Source of the DNA: an uncultured delta proteobacterium
GTDB taxonomy: Bacteria; Desulfobacterota; Desulfomonilia; UBA1062
Direction: 5' to 3'
NCBI GenBank assembly: GCA_963752595.1
Contig: CAVVYZ010000015.1
Location: forward strand, 1-64,000
Length of the DNA: 64,000 nt
Numbering within the stretch: position 1 is the stretch's first letter; each line of letters starts with the position of its first letter. The notes below the pieces were generated by a model. It did no database searches, had not been told where the DNA came from, and saw nothing but the letters and a program-made list of their open reading frames with translations. Of this stretch, positions 29,196-39,671 are shown one piece after another. Both the position numbers and the translations under genes were made by a program.

Positions 29196-30217
29196 GAAAT
29201 GAAATTACCGGAACTCTCGGGGACCATGAAGAGCTGGATTTTGAAGCTCATATCAGGCCCCGGGACTTGAATGAATATGTAGGCCAGGAAGCTCTCAAAC
29301 AGAATCTCTCCGTGTTCATCAAGGCTGCAAAGGCCCGCGGAGAGGCGCTTGACCACTGCCTGTTCTACGGGCCTCCGGGCCTGGGAAAGACAACGCTTGC
29401 CTATATCATTGCGCACGAGTGCAATGTGGGCTTGCGCATCACGAGCGGGCCTGCCATCGATAAATCCGGAGACCTGGCAGCGATCCTGACCAATCTCGAA
29501 ACGAACGATGTCCTGTTCATCGATGAAATCCACCGGCTGGGTAAGGCAGTGGAAGAGATCCTCTATCCTGCGATGGAGGATTTCAAGCTGGATATCGTGA
29601 TCGGCCAGGGGCCGTCTGCGAGGTCCATCAGGATCGATCTCAATCCCTTCACCCTGGTGGCCGCAACCACACGGGCAGGCATGATCACCTCGCCGCTGCG
29701 CGACCGCTTCGGGATCATCGGCCACCTGGAGTACTACACCGTGGAAGAGCTGAGGCAGATCCTGAAACGCACCGCAGGGATTCTGAACATCCCTGCCGAG
29801 GAGAAAGGGCTTCTCGAGATCGCCAGGAGGTCCAGGGGGACCCCGCGGATTGCGAACCGCCTGCTCCGGAGGGTGAGGGATTTCGCCGAGGTCCTGGGAA
29901 ACGGCACCATAACCTCCGAGATCGCGGATGTGGCGCTCTCAAGGCTGGATATCGACAAGTCAGGGTTCGACCGGATGGACCGGAAGATCATCGCCACCAT
30001 GATCGAATCTTTCTCAGGAGGGCCCGTGGGCATTGAATCGCTGGCGGCATCCATCGGCGAAGACAAGGACACCATCGAGGACATCTATGAGCCGTACCTC
30101 ATCCAGACCGGCTGCATCAAGCGTACCCCACGGGGAAGGCAGGTGTGCGCCAAGGCATATACCCTGCTCGGCAGGGACCCGAAGAATGAGCAGGCAGCAT
30201 TGTTCGACGACGAGTAG
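29192..30217 (+). CDS. ruvB: Holliday junction helicase
   Basis: [46 protein letters not shown]. Confidence 0.96.
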   Translation: MRNEITGTLGDHEELDFEAHIRPRDLNEYVGQEALKQNLSVFIKAAKARGEALDHCLFYGPPGLGKTTLAYIIAHECNVGLRITSGPAIDKSGDLAAILTNLETNDVLFIDEIHRLGKAVEEILYPAMEDFKLDIVIGQGPSARSIRIDLNPFTLVAATTRAGMITSPLRDRFGIIGHLEYYTVEELRQILKRTAGILNIPAEEKGLLEIARRSRGTPRIANRLLRRVRDFAEVLGNGTITSEIADVALSRLDIDKSGFDRMDRKIIATMIESFSGGPVGIESLAASIGEDKDTIEDIYEPYLIQTGCIKRTPRGRQVCAKAYTLLGRDPKNEQAALFDDE

Positions 30218-30333
30218 TGTTCTGCCGGCAGAGCGGCCGGCTTGAGGGGCGATCCTTTCAGGTGCAGCTATACGTGGCCGCTCTGCTTGATCTCGGGCGT
30301 GATTTTTTTTTGGAATCATGAAGGGAGCCGGAT

Positions 30334-30951
30334 ATGAAACTGATCCTTATTGATGTCGACGATACCTTATACCCCAAGGGGACCGGCCCTTTTCCCCATG
30401 TAAACAGGAGGATCGACGAGTATGTCATGTCGTGGTGCAGCCTGGATCTTGCGGAAGCCAAGGCTTTGCGGAAGCGCTACATCGGCTCTTACGGATCGAC
30501 CCTCGGCGGGCTCATGAAGCACTTCCATGTGAACCCCGATCATTACCTGAAGGCGGTGCACGACGTGCCGGTGGAAAGCCTTCTCAAACAGGATGACAAG
30601 CTCAGAAGCACTCTGGCAGGCATCCAAAACGAAATGATCGTCTTCTCGAACGGATCGGCGGACTACGTGCGCAGGGTGCTGAGGGTTCTGGGTATCTCCG
30701 AATTGCTGCACGACCTTTTCACCATAGAATTCATGGATTACGTTCCAAAACCAATGGATTACCCCTACCGGAAAATCATGGAGCTCTACGGGAGACGGCC
30801 CGAGGACTGCATCATGGTGGACGACCGGCTGCCGAACATCCGTACCGCCATGGGCATGGGTATGGAGACGATAGCGGTAGGACTGGATTCCCCGCTGCCT
30901 GGAGCCTTGATAATACCTGATATTTATGCCATATCACAGGTCGTTTTTTGA
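30334..30951 (+). CDS. HAD-family hydrolase (pyrimidine 5'-nucleotidase-like)
   Basis: DVDDTLY, YGSTLGGL, FSNG, PKP, MVDD..N. Confidence 0.85.
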   Translation: MKLILIDVDDTLYPKGTGPFPHVNRRIDEYVMSWCSLDLAEAKALRKRYIGSYGSTLGGLMKHFHVNPDHYLKAVHDVPVESLLKQDDKLRSTLAGIQNEMIVFSNGSADYVRRVLRVLGISELLHDLFTIEFMDYVPKPMDYPYRKIMELYGRRPEDCIMVDDRLPNIRTAMGMGMETIAVGLDSPLPGALIIPDIYAISQVVF

Positions 30952-30988
30952 GACGATGATCTGTTGATCCTTAAAAAGAGGAGAGAAC

Positions 30989-31996
30989 ATGCACGTATTC
31001 GTTACCGGCACGGCCGGCTTTATAGGCTTCCATCTCGCGAAGCGGCTTCTTGAAGACGGTGTTGCGGTATTCGGGATCGACAACCTCAACGCGTACTACG
31101 ATCCGAAGCTGAAGAACGACCGGCTGAGCATCCTTCAAGGGATGACGGGATTCGAGTTCAGAAAACTCGATCTGGTGGACAGACCGGGGATGGCCCAAGT
31201 ATTCGAAGAGCATGAGTTCGATGCCGTGATCCACCTCGCAGCCCAGGCAGGGGTGCGCTACAGCCTGGAAAACCCTCATGCATACATCGATGCCAACCTC
31301 GTGGGGTTCATGAACATCCTCGAGGGCTGCAGGATGAGCAGATCTCCCCACCTGGTTTTCGCCTCGTCCTCATCCGTCTACGGCGCCAATACCCGGATGC
31401 CTTTTTCCGTGCATGACAACGTCGATCATCCGGTCTCGCTCTATGCAGCCACGAAAAAGGCGAACGAGCTCATGGCCCACACGTATGCCGATCTCTACAA
31501 GCTCCCCTGCACGGGCTTGAGGTTCTTCACCGTATACGGCCCCTGGGGAAGGCCCGACATGGCGCTGTTCAAGTTCACCAAGGCCATACTCGATGGGTCT
31601 CCTATCGATGTCTATAATCACGGGAACATGCAGCGGGATTTCACCTATGTGGATGATATCGTCGAAGGGCTCGTAAGGGTCATGCGCGCCATCCCGCAAC
31701 CGGACCGGAAATGGAGCGGCGATCATCCCGACCCGGGGACGAGCTTCGCCCCCTACCGGATCTACAATATCGGCGGGTCTCACCCTGTGAAACTCATTGA
31801 TTTCATAACGATACTGGAAGACACCATCGGGAAAAAGGCGGATAAAAACATGCTGCCTCTGCAGATGGGTGATGTAGTTGCCACCTGTGCCGATGCTGAC
31901 GACCTCGAAAAAGCCGTGGATTTCCGACCTCAGATTCCTGTTGCAGAAGGGATCAGGCGCTTTATCGACTGGTACCGCTCGTACTACGCGGTGTGA
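30989..31996 (+). CDS. NAD-dependent epimerase (UDP-glucuronate 4-epimerase-like)
   Basis: [39 protein letters not shown]. Confidence 0.92.
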   Translation: MHVFVTGTAGFIGFHLAKRLLEDGVAVFGIDNLNAYYDPKLKNDRLSILQGMTGFEFRKLDLVDRPGMAQVFEEHEFDAVIHLAAQAGVRYSLENPHAYIDANLVGFMNILEGCRMSRSPHLVFASSSSVYGANTRMPFSVHDNVDHPVSLYAATKKANELMAHTYADLYKLPCTGLRFFTVYGPWGRPDMALFKFTKAILDGSPIDVYNHGNMQRDFTYVDDIVEGLVRVMRAIPQPDRKWSGDHPDPGTSFAPYRIYNIGGSHPVKLIDFITILEDTIGKKADKNMLPLQMGDVVATCADADDLEKAVDFRPQIPVAEGIRRFIDWYRSYYAV

Positions 31997-33028
31997 TCAG
32001 GCCCCGCCCATGAGAGACTGGGGTGGAAGGTCCATGTGGAGGATGTAGTCGAGGATCCTGTCGCGGTAATGATTGGAGCCGCCGATGAATTCGATGCCCA
32101 GCTGTGTCTTGTCCAGCACATTTTCCCGCCTGATGGACCGGATGACTCCCATGGTGTTCACAGGGCCTGTGGGCAGATTGATCCGGATCTCTGGCAGGCA
32201 CATGCCTTCGATGATCGGGGCCTTTTCTTCGAGCACCTCTGCCCCCATCCCCTCGATGCTTAAATCCCAGACGAGTAACGATGAGATATCCTGGGTCAGG
32301 GGATGGACTATGGTGGCGGTTACAGGTTCTTCGCCCGTAATGAAATATCTCAGGACGCTGCGCCTGCTGATATGCTGCAGCGTTTCCGGCCAGCTCGTTT
32401 CCATGATGTTCTTGATGACGTCGAGGACCTTTGCATGGAAGAGCATGACGTTGACACCCTTGAAGAGGTAGAAGGGATAGACGCTTCCCTGTGTCGGCTG
32501 GAAGGGCAGCCTGAACTCGGACATCCTGACTATCCTCAAGACCATGTTGTCCTCGTCCGGCCTTAAGTAGAAGAATTCAGCCGGGATGGCCTTGCGTTTA
32601 TGGATCATGAGCATATCCCCAAACCCTCGGGACCATCGTTTGACCTCTTCGAAAATCCGTAAGATTTCATCTTTATCCGTAATGAGCTTCCCGGAATCGT
32701 CACGCGACGAGCGCAGTTTTGCGTAGGCTTCGATAGGGGTTTCTGCCGGAGCAAAGTCGATTCCCACCCGCGAAGGTACGCCGGAACCGAGATAGGCAAT
32801 CCGGCCATGGATATCTGCAGCAATCACGGTCCCCTTGTTTTCAAGGGTTTGGATATGGATATCCTTGCCTTCCTGAAGCAGGGAGAATCCATCGGTAACC
32901 AGGACCCCCATGCCTCCGATGGAAATATCCAGGATCGGCAATCTCAGGGAATGCTCTCCGACCTTTGCTTTGGCATAGAGATTTCCCCAGGGTAGGGTTC
33001 GTTGTCTTCTGCTCTCTCTCTTTTCCAT
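31997..33028 (-). CDS. PilZ-domain protein (two PilZ domains)
   Basis: RESRR...DISIGG and RRSVLR...DLSIEG (RxxxR, DxSxxG). Confidence 0.8.
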   Translation of the reverse strand: MEKRESRRQRTLPWGNLYAKAKVGEHSLRLPILDISIGGMGVLVTDGFSLLQEGKDIHIQTLENKGTVIAADIHGRIAYLGSGVPSRVGIDFAPAETPIEAYAKLRSSRDDSGKLITDKDEILRIFEEVKRWSRGFGDMLMIHKRKAIPAEFFYLRPDEDNMVLRIVRMSEFRLPFQPTQGSVYPFYLFKGVNVMLFHAKVLDVIKNIMETSWPETLQHISRRSVLRYFITGEEPVTATIVHPLTQDISSLLVWDLSIEGMGAEVLEEKAPIIEGMCLPEIRINLPTGPVNTMGVIRSIRRENVLDKTQLGIEFIGGSNHYRDRILDYILHMDLPPQSLMGGA

Positions 33029-33092
33029 GTAAGGATCTCATCGGAAAACATGGACGAAAAACTTTAACGTAAAGGATCGATGCAAAAAAAAC

Positions 33093-33122
33093 TCGCCCCT
33101 CCGATACAGCAGGGTGGGCGAG
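33093..33122 (-). terminator. intrinsic terminator
   Basis: CTCGCCC..GGGCGAG stem followed by a T-run on the minus strand. Confidence 0.6.
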
Positions 33123-33149
33123 GTAATCTTTTCCTCTGGTAATGAGAGA

Positions 33150-34796
33150 TCAGGTGGATGCTTGTGCAGCTACTCCTTTCGGTGCAAGAGGCGGGGTGGT
33201 GTCCGTTTGGCTGCCGCCGCTGTCGCCACTGCCGCTTCCGCCGCCCATATCCGCAGGCAACGGTTTTCCGAGATATTCCCAGATATAGCGGGTCAAGCTC
33301 TGCCCGTCAGAGCAGAAACCGCGCTTGGTGTAGTTCGTAGCCGGGCTTGCTCCTGCAGGAGGGGTGTTTGGTGTGCTGAACCACTCCTTGATCTCGTTTT
33401 CATACGGCCAGGGCCAAAGTGAATCGCTTGTTTCCGTGTTCCAGCCCGTATCGCCCCAGAGGGAGCCGGAACCACCCATCTTTTTCACGATATGGGCACC
33501 GACCCTGCCGCCGTTTTCACCGCCGCTGAAGCGGTTGGAAGTGCTTTCTACCCGGGGCAGGTAGAGCAGGTCACTTTTGTAAGTCACCAGATTGGAGCCG
33601 AAGGAGGCGCTGTCAAAAGAATTGTAGCTTGAGCTGTTAAAGGCCGAACCATAGAGTGCGCCTCTGGGGCTCTTGATGACGAGGTTGTTCTTGAAGGTCG
33701 TCGTCGATGCATGGTTGATGAGGCTGTATCCATCGTTGCCGCCGAAGGTGCAGCCTCTCACGTTGACCGTGCTGCCGCCGAAGGTAATGCCGATGCCGCC
33801 GGTGAATCCCCAGAAGACCGAGTTGATGACGTCGATATTCTTTCCGCCGTAGTCGTTTCTGATCCAGGCCCCGCTGGTCGATCCGGTCTGATTGTTGTTG
33901 AGCGTGATACAGCCGTTTAAGGTGATGTTGTTGTTCCCCTTGAATATGTACCAGGGGCCGTACGGCTTCCATGCGGCATCGGGCACCGAGGCGTTCTGGT
34001 TTATGGCAATGCAGTTCTGGTACATTATGTCATGGGGACCGCTCGCTGCGCTGGAATTGTGGCCGTAGACGGCAAAGATCGAATTCGGTTCATTCGACCT
34101 GACCCAGTCTCCCCGGGCCACGCAGCGCCTGAAGATAACGTGGTTGGGGTTCGATCCCACGCCCCTGATGATAAAACCGTACCGGTAGCCGCCGGTTATG
34201 GAGCAGTCCTCGAAAAGTACATAGGAGGCGCTTCCGCCCACCTCGACCACGCAGTTTTCGTTATTGTCCACACCTTCTGTCCTGAACTGGCACCTCGTTA
34301 TCTTGAGATGGTTGCCGGTAACCGTGACGAAAGCATTGTTCGAACCATCGCGGTTGATTCCTCTGAAGCCGTCTACCTTTATGTAACTGGAGGTCGACGG
34401 CAGATAGATCATCCTTCCGTTGTAGTCCCAGGCCGATGAAACACTGGAATCGATGGTCACCTTGAAGGGGTTGCGGGCCCGTACCACCGTATACTGTGAT
34501 GCTGTTCCGCTCGGGACAGTGAAACTGTTGTAACGCCCGATCACATTGCTGATGCCCGTATAGACCCCGTCATTCACCACGACCTCGTCCCCTCCGCCCA
34601 TGCGCTGGACGGCGGCTGAAATGGTGCCGTAGCAGTTGCCGCTCGACCAATCATTCGCGGTGCTTGCTCCTGATGTTCTCGTCCCGTTCGGGCTGACGTA
34701 AAGTGTTGCCGCAAACAAAGGGGCTGAAAGAAACAGGATGCTGAACAGACCTATCCATCCGATGATCCTCGTGCTGCAAAATCTTGTCTGATGCAT
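33150..34796 (-). CDS. secreted right-handed beta-helix (pectate-lyase-like fold) protein
   Basis: GAGGAG SD, signal peptide then ATLYVSPNG, GDEVVVNDGVY, Asn/Gly/Cys-rich repeats, Gly/Ser linker. Confidence 0.7.
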   Translation of the reverse strand: MHQTRFCSTRIIGWIGLFSILFLSAPLFAATLYVSPNGTRTSGASTANDWSSGNCYGTISAAVQRMGGGDEVVVNDGVYTGISNVIGRYNSFTVPSGTASQYTVVRARNPFKVTIDSSVSSAWDYNGRMIYLPSTSSYIKVDGFRGINRDGSNNAFVTVTGNHLKITRCQFRTEGVDNNENCVVEVGGSASYVLFEDCSITGGYRYGFIIRGVGSNPNHVIFRRCVARGDWVRSNEPNSIFAVYGHNSSAASGPHDIMYQNCIAINQNASVPDAAWKPYGPWYIFKGNNNITLNGCITLNNNQTGSTSGAWIRNDYGGKNIDVINSVFWGFTGGIGITFGGSTVNVRGCTFGGNDGYSLINHASTTTFKNNLVIKSPRGALYGSAFNSSSYNSFDSASFGSNLVTYKSDLLYLPRVESTSNRFSGGENGGRVGAHIVKKMGGSGSLWGDTGWNTETSDSLWPWPYENEIKEWFSTPNTPPAGASPATNYTKRGFCSDGQSLTRYIWEYLGKPLPADMGGGSGSGDSGGSQTDTTPPLAPKGVAAQAST

Positions 34797-34935
34797 TGAT
34801 TTCTCCTCTTTATGATATGAATCCATTCTCTATCCTTTTCCTAAGGTTCAAAAGGTATGACCATGTACGATGTTCCTCTTATGAGCCTGTTACCTTTCTC
34901 TGCTTTGAAAAACCTCGCCCTATTGTGAAAAAAAC

Positions 34936-34951
34936 AGCAAGTTCAGTGCCA
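34936..34951 (-). promoter_or_regulatory. sigma-54 promoter of the beta-helix gene
   Basis: TGGCAC-TGAAC-TTGCT, consensus match. Confidence 0.82.
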
Positions 34952-35033
34952 AAGCCTCCGGCTCAGAACATGAATTGAAGCGGGTTGAGAGGGATGGATG
35001 AGGTAATCTGTTAAATTTTCAAAAAATAATTTG

Positions 35034-36233
35034 TTAAACGATCTTTTTATGGAGCCGGCGCAAACCCAAGGCTCCAAGTTTCAGGCATGAGCTGCCGAAG
35101 ACCCGCATATCGCGCCGGTCGAAATACCTGAACGCTTTTCTTCTGCCCAGCAGGGCAATGAACTCCCCAAGGCAGTTCCGGCCCCGCATGATATGTACCA
35201 GCACGCTGCCGATATCCGCCCATTCATCGATGTAATAAACCGGCTCCTTACACACGCTGCGGGGCCGGCCGATATCCAGTCCGGTCAGGGCGTTGTAGGC
35301 GATAAGGGGCATGTTCAAGCCATTGGCCGTAGCGACGTACGACTGCTGATTCGGCCTTCCGACCGTAGGCTCCATGATATAGTATTTGCCGCTGACCTGA
35401 TGTTTCTTATATTCCACGGAGCCGAAGCCCTTGTAGCCGAGAGAGGAAAACAGTCCTATCGTCATCTCCCTGATCTGCTCATTATCTATCGGCCTGGTTG
35501 ATGCGGTGCTGCCGGTTCCCACCGGCCACTGCCTGATCTTGGCCCCCGTGAAACCGGCCAGGCACCGTGAATCGCCATCGAAATAGGTCAGGCAATATTC
35601 CACATGGGAATCAGGCCCGGGCACCCATTCCTGAACCAGCAGCCGGGATTCGATCCCGCTGATCCTCTCGTACAGAGAAATCAGCTCTCCGGGTTCGTTT
35701 ACGAAGTATGCCTTGTCGAGCTTTGCCGCAAGCCAGGATGGGGTTTTTGTAAATGGTTTGACAATTGCGGGGAACACCATTTCCCTGATATTCGCCTGTA
35801 ATTCTCCCAAGCTCCCTATCCTGAAAGATTTCGGGACAGGGAGATTATTGCGGACAGCATATTCAAGGAACATATCCTTGTTCAGGAGCATCTTCACGGT
35901 TTCGGTATCGGGATAGTGGATCAGGAAAAGGTCTTCCAGGATGTCCCGGTATTTGATGAAAAATTCCACATAAATATCAGAAGTGATAAAGAGCACCGGC
36001 TTTGCTTCATTGCCCTTTGCCAGTGAAATGAGCTTTTCGAGCAGGTTTCCATCGCCGGCAAAGGTAATCAGTTGTTTGCAGAGGGATGATTTGGCTTCCG
36101 GCGGCGACTCGTCTTTTTGGAATGCCGTTACGGGAATACCTGCCGAGGCAAGTGAACGCACTACCCCGTAGCCGGTGTAGGCGATATGCAGCACAACTGC
36201 CGGGGGCAGGGTACTATCCGGATGTTTCCGCAT
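35034..36233 (-). CDS. ATP-grasp ligase (D-aspartate-ligase-like / carboxylate-amine ligase)
   Basis: VVRSLA..GI, FPAIVKP, LVQEWVPG, KIRQWP..G, VEYK, MEPTVGR. Confidence 0.82.
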   Translation of the reverse strand: MRKHPDSTLPPAVVLHIAYTGYGVVRSLASAGIPVTAFQKDESPPEAKSSLCKQLITFAGDGNLLEKLISLAKGNEAKPVLFITSDIYVEFFIKYRDILEDLFLIHYPDTETVKMLLNKDMFLEYAVRNNLPVPKSFRIGSLGELQANIREMVFPAIVKPFTKTPSWLAAKLDKAYFVNEPGELISLYERISGIESRLLVQEWVPGPDSHVEYCLTYFDGDSRCLAGFTGAKIRQWPVGTGSTASTRPIDNEQIREMTIGLFSSLGYKGFGSVEYKKHQVSGKYYIMEPTVGRPNQQSYVATANGLNMPLIAYNALTGLDIGRPRSVCKEPVYYIDEWADIGSVLVHIMRGRNCLGEFIALLGRRKAFRYFDRRDMRVFGSSCLKLGALGLRRLHKKIV

Positions 36234-36244
36234 CGATTCTCCTT

Positions 36245-37306
36245 TCATATCCCGCTCAGATTTCTGATGCCGGGAAAAGCCTTTTCCAGCGATTTCTTGC
36301 CGCCTGATGCGAGGAGCCTGAAATAGGCCCGGGAAAAGGTCTCGCAGATAACCCGATCGATAACGGTACCGGTGCCGGGGAATTCGTTCAAGCCGCCAAG
36401 CGCCGTAAACATATGATCGATGCCGCTCCGGCGAGAAATATCCACGGTCTGTGCCGTGTAAGACCCCTGCAGGCCGAAGGGGACAGCCAGAACCTTGCGG
36501 TAACCGGCGAATATCGAAAGTGCTTCATGAGCATCTTCAATCTCTTCCCTGACCCTTTCCGGCGTAAGCGAGGCAAGGTTGAGGTGGTTGTCGGTATGGT
36601 TCCCCACGGTCCAGCCGTGATCGCATAATTCCTTGATCTGTTTTTCGCCCATGAACTTTTTCATAACCAATTCCAGGGGTGAGGCGATTGACTGCTCTTC
36701 TTCCAGCCTATCCAGAAAGAGCGATATCTCTTTAATATCTTTGATTTTCAGAAAGGCCTTGAGACGGATAAGCAGATTATGCCTGCCATGTTTCTGCTTC
36801 AGGCCGTTCCCATCCGATACTTCCCCGATATGAAGCCTCTTCTCAAAAGACCGGTCCAGAATCCAATGGAGGCGGGATATCCAGGGTGCTTTCCTCTCCC
36901 TTATTACGGAACCGATGAGGAAAACCGTTGCAGGCAGTCCTTGCAGTTTCAAAAATGGGAAGGCTGTTTCATAAGTGTCCATGAACCCGTCATCAAAGGT
37001 TATCAAAGCAGCTCTGGGCGGGAGGCGTCTTCCTTTCAGTATTTCATCCAGGCCAACGACCCGGTAATAGTGTACCAACCAGTTGATCTGGCTGATGAAT
37101 ATCTTTTGCGGCAGATTGAGAAAATAGAAGTTGTCACAGTAATCTCCATCCGAGTGCGTCGAGACTATCCGGTGATAGCACAGCACGAGCAGCGTGGTCT
37201 GATCCTTCCCCTTAAGCCTGAGGAGCCTGCACGATGTGAAAGGCGAACCTGTCCATCCGTAGAGAGACTGCTTGAGCGACTTTGAATAATTAAAAGGATT
37301 CAGCAT
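36245..37306 (-). CDS. polysaccharide deacetylase (CE4/NodB)
   Basis: LCYHRI, ITFDDG, GNHTDNH, AVPFG. Confidence 0.88.
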   Translation of the reverse strand: MLNPFNYSKSLKQSLYGWTGSPFTSCRLLRLKGKDQTTLLVLCYHRIVSTHSDGDYCDNFYFLNLPQKIFISQINWLVHYYRVVGLDEILKGRRLPPRAALITFDDGFMDTYETAFPFLKLQGLPATVFLIGSVIRERKAPWISRLHWILDRSFEKRLHIGEVSDGNGLKQKHGRHNLLIRLKAFLKIKDIKEISLFLDRLEEEQSIASPLELVMKKFMGEKQIKELCDHGWTVGNHTDNHLNLASLTPERVREEIEDAHEALSIFAGYRKVLAVPFGLQGSYTAQTVDISRRSGIDHMFTALGGLNEFPGTGTVIDRVICETFSRAYFRLLASGGKKSLEKAFPGIRNLSGI

Positions 37307-37327
37307 CGTGCGATACCTTTTAAAGCT

Positions 37328-38500
37328 TCAGCTTGAAAAGGCCTCAACGTATCTTGCTGCTGTGTTCTCCCATGTCATGTTCCGTATACTTTCGCGTATG
37401 AGTCCGGCATCCCAGTCAGAGACAAAACCTCTCTCGACAGCGCCGGCTAAAGCTGAAGAATCTGCAGCAGGAACCAGGATGCCGTTTCGGCCCTCAATCA
37501 GATCAGAAATCCCTCCGACATCAGAGGCCACCACCGGACACCCGCAGGCCAGGGCCTCCAGCACCACATTGGGCATTCCTTCCTTGAGGCTCGGGAGGCA
37601 GAAGAGATCAGCAGCGCTCATCCAGGTACTGATTTCCTCGTGTTTTCGATTTCCTGCAAACACGACCCGGCCGTTCAGTCCGTAGTTTTCTATTGCCCGG
37701 CAGTATTTCTGCTCCAGAGGTCCGCTACCGATGAGCACGGTATCGAAATCCAGCTTGTTTTCGCCTTTGAGAAGGCGGAGGGCATCGAGCAGGTACTCGA
37801 TCCCTTTGACCGGCCTGAATTTGCCCACGAAGAGAAGGACCTTCTTTCGATCGTCAAGGCCGAGCTGCCTGCGGCACGATGAACGGTCACGGGGATGAAA
37901 CAGGCCGGGGTCGACCCCGTTGGGAATGTAATGCACGCGCTCAGGCTCTATGCCCATATCGATTATCTTCTGCCTCAGCCTCCTGCTCACCGCCGTGACC
38001 TGCCTCGCCTGCTGCAGGGCGTTTACGGTCATCCTGAGCCTGAGTTTGCTGCAACCTGCTTCGTTGATGTCGGAGCCCAGGGCGGAAATCACTACGGGCA
38101 GATTAAGCCGTTTCCCGAGCCGGACCGCCGCAATACCTTCGGGAAAGGCATTCTGGGCGTTGATGACATCGATGTGCATGCCTCTTTTCAGCTTCCTGAA
38201 CACCGGATACGCACCGAGTGCCATGGACCACGGGCTCATCCAGGGGACCTTGGGAACTACCGGATATTTCGGGGAATACACATGAAAACCATGATAGTCA
38301 TACTCCCGGGGAATCAGGGCAAACAGATAGTGCGAGCGGAACCTTTTCAGCAGGTCGATTTGCGGGACCCAGGGAAGCGGGCACACGATGAGGGGATTCA
38401 CCCGCCTGCTTACGGCAGCAACACGCTGCTCCACGAACACGCCTCGATGGGGCTGCCAATGATTCGGAAACGAATTTGAGAAAAAAACAACGGTCTTCAT
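37328..38500 (-). CDS. GT4 glycosyltransferase (TuaC-like)
   Basis: GSDIN, IPNGVD, PSLKEGMPNVVLEALACG. Confidence 0.9.
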   Translation of the reverse strand: MKTVVFFSNSFPNHWQPHRGVFVEQRVAAVSRRVNPLIVCPLPWVPQIDLLKRFRSHYLFALIPREYDYHGFHVYSPKYPVVPKVPWMSPWSMALGAYPVFRKLKRGMHIDVINAQNAFPEGIAAVRLGKRLNLPVVISALGSDINEAGCSKLRLRMTVNALQQARQVTAVSRRLRQKIIDMGIEPERVHYIPNGVDPGLFHPRDRSSCRRQLGLDDRKKVLLFVGKFRPVKGIEYLLDALRLLKGENKLDFDTVLIGSGPLEQKYCRAIENYGLNGRVVFAGNRKHEEISTWMSAADLFCLPSLKEGMPNVVLEALACGCPVVASDVGGISDLIEGRNGILVPAADSSALAGAVERGFVSDWDAGLIRESIRNMTWENTAARYVEAFSS

Positions 38501-39658
38501 TTAAGATGATACCCCGCAGCTTGATGTGGGGTACTTCATGACACGGCCGGTTTCCATCATCTGTTCATAGAGAAGCCCGTACGCATCGGCCATGGTCTTG
38601 GCCGAATGCTTCTCCCTGAATCCCGCATATGCCCTTTCTCCGAACTCGGATCTTTTCAGAGGGTTGTCCATGAGATATCCTATCGCGTCTGACAGAGGAC
38701 GAGGTTCTCCGGGAGGGACGAGCAGCCCGTTATTACCGGCCGTTATTACATCCGGGATGCCGCCGACCTTTGATGCGACAATCGCCTTCCTTGCAGCCAT
38801 GGCCTCGAGGAGGGAAAGGGGCAACCCTTCCGATACCGAAGGGAGTACGTATATATCGAAGAGCCTGATGATCTCATGGAAGTCGGTTCGCTCTCCCAGG
38901 AAAGATACATGGGAACTCAGCCCGTTATCCCGAACTCGTTTTTCCAGGTCCTTCCTTAAGGGACCGTCGCCGGCAATAACCAGGAGGAAATCCCCCCGTT
39001 TCTTCCCGAGTATGCTCATTGCATCCAGGAGGTGCGTCAACCCTTTTTCCGGCACCAATCTGGCGCCGGTCCCGATCAATATCCTGTCCTCCGGGATGCC
39101 CAGGCGGGTTTTTACGAGTCTCCTGTCAAGATTCCCCGTGTACAAACCTTCATCGATCCCGTTTGAGATGATCCCGATACGTTCCGGTTTTATGCCTTCG
39201 TGACTGATCAGATACGTTCGAATTTCTTTGCTTACCGCAATTACCTTGTATGCCATGGAAGCCGGCAGCTTATGCGGGATGAGCAGCCTTCTTTTCGATG
39301 CATACATCCTGTTGTGGTCCACATGCAGCAGGCGCCTGCATCCGCCGATCCTTGAGCCGAACGATCCATAATAGAGGGCACCGTAGTTATGCGTGGTGAC
39401 GATATCGATTTTTCTCTCCCTGATCTGCTGCGCTATCCCAAAAAAAGTCGAGGGTCTGGTCCCGGGTTTTTTGAACAGGGACGCGTATTCTATTCCCTGC
39501 CTGTCAAGGACGGCAGAAAAGGGCCCCAGTCCTTCCAGGGTGAGAATCATGGGATCGAACCTTTGCGGATCGAGGTTCGCTGCGATATTGATCGCAACCC
39601 GCTCCGCCCCCCCGATATCCAGGGAGTTGATGATCTGCATGACCCTAATTTTTTTCAT
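38501..39658 (-). CDS. GT4 glycosyltransferase
   Basis: GGAER, ISNGID, PSVSEGLPLSLLEAMA. Confidence 0.9.
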   Translation of the reverse strand: MKKIRVMQIINSLDIGGAERVAINIAANLDPQRFDPMILTLEGLGPFSAVLDRQGIEYASLFKKPGTRPSTFFGIAQQIRERKIDIVTTHNYGALYYGSFGSRIGGCRRLLHVDHNRMYASKRRLLIPHKLPASMAYKVIAVSKEIRTYLISHEGIKPERIGIISNGIDEGLYTGNLDRRLVKTRLGIPEDRILIGTGARLVPEKGLTHLLDAMSILGKKRGDFLLVIAGDGPLRKDLEKRVRDNGLSSHVSFLGERTDFHEIIRLFDIYVLPSVSEGLPLSLLEAMAARKAIVASKVGGIPDVITAGNNGLLVPPGEPRPLSDAIGYLMDNPLKRSEFGERAYAGFREKHSAKTMADAYGLLYEQMMETGRVMKYPTSSCGVSS

Positions 39659-39671
39659 AGACGAATATGGG

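Noticed and set aside
34948-34990. CAAAGCCTCCGG...GCGGGTT resembling the P2 arm of a c-di-GMP-I riboswitch
   Set aside because: P1 arm (GGCAAA..GAAA..GGAC) absent, wrong strand for the gene, and it overlaps the sigma-54 promoter
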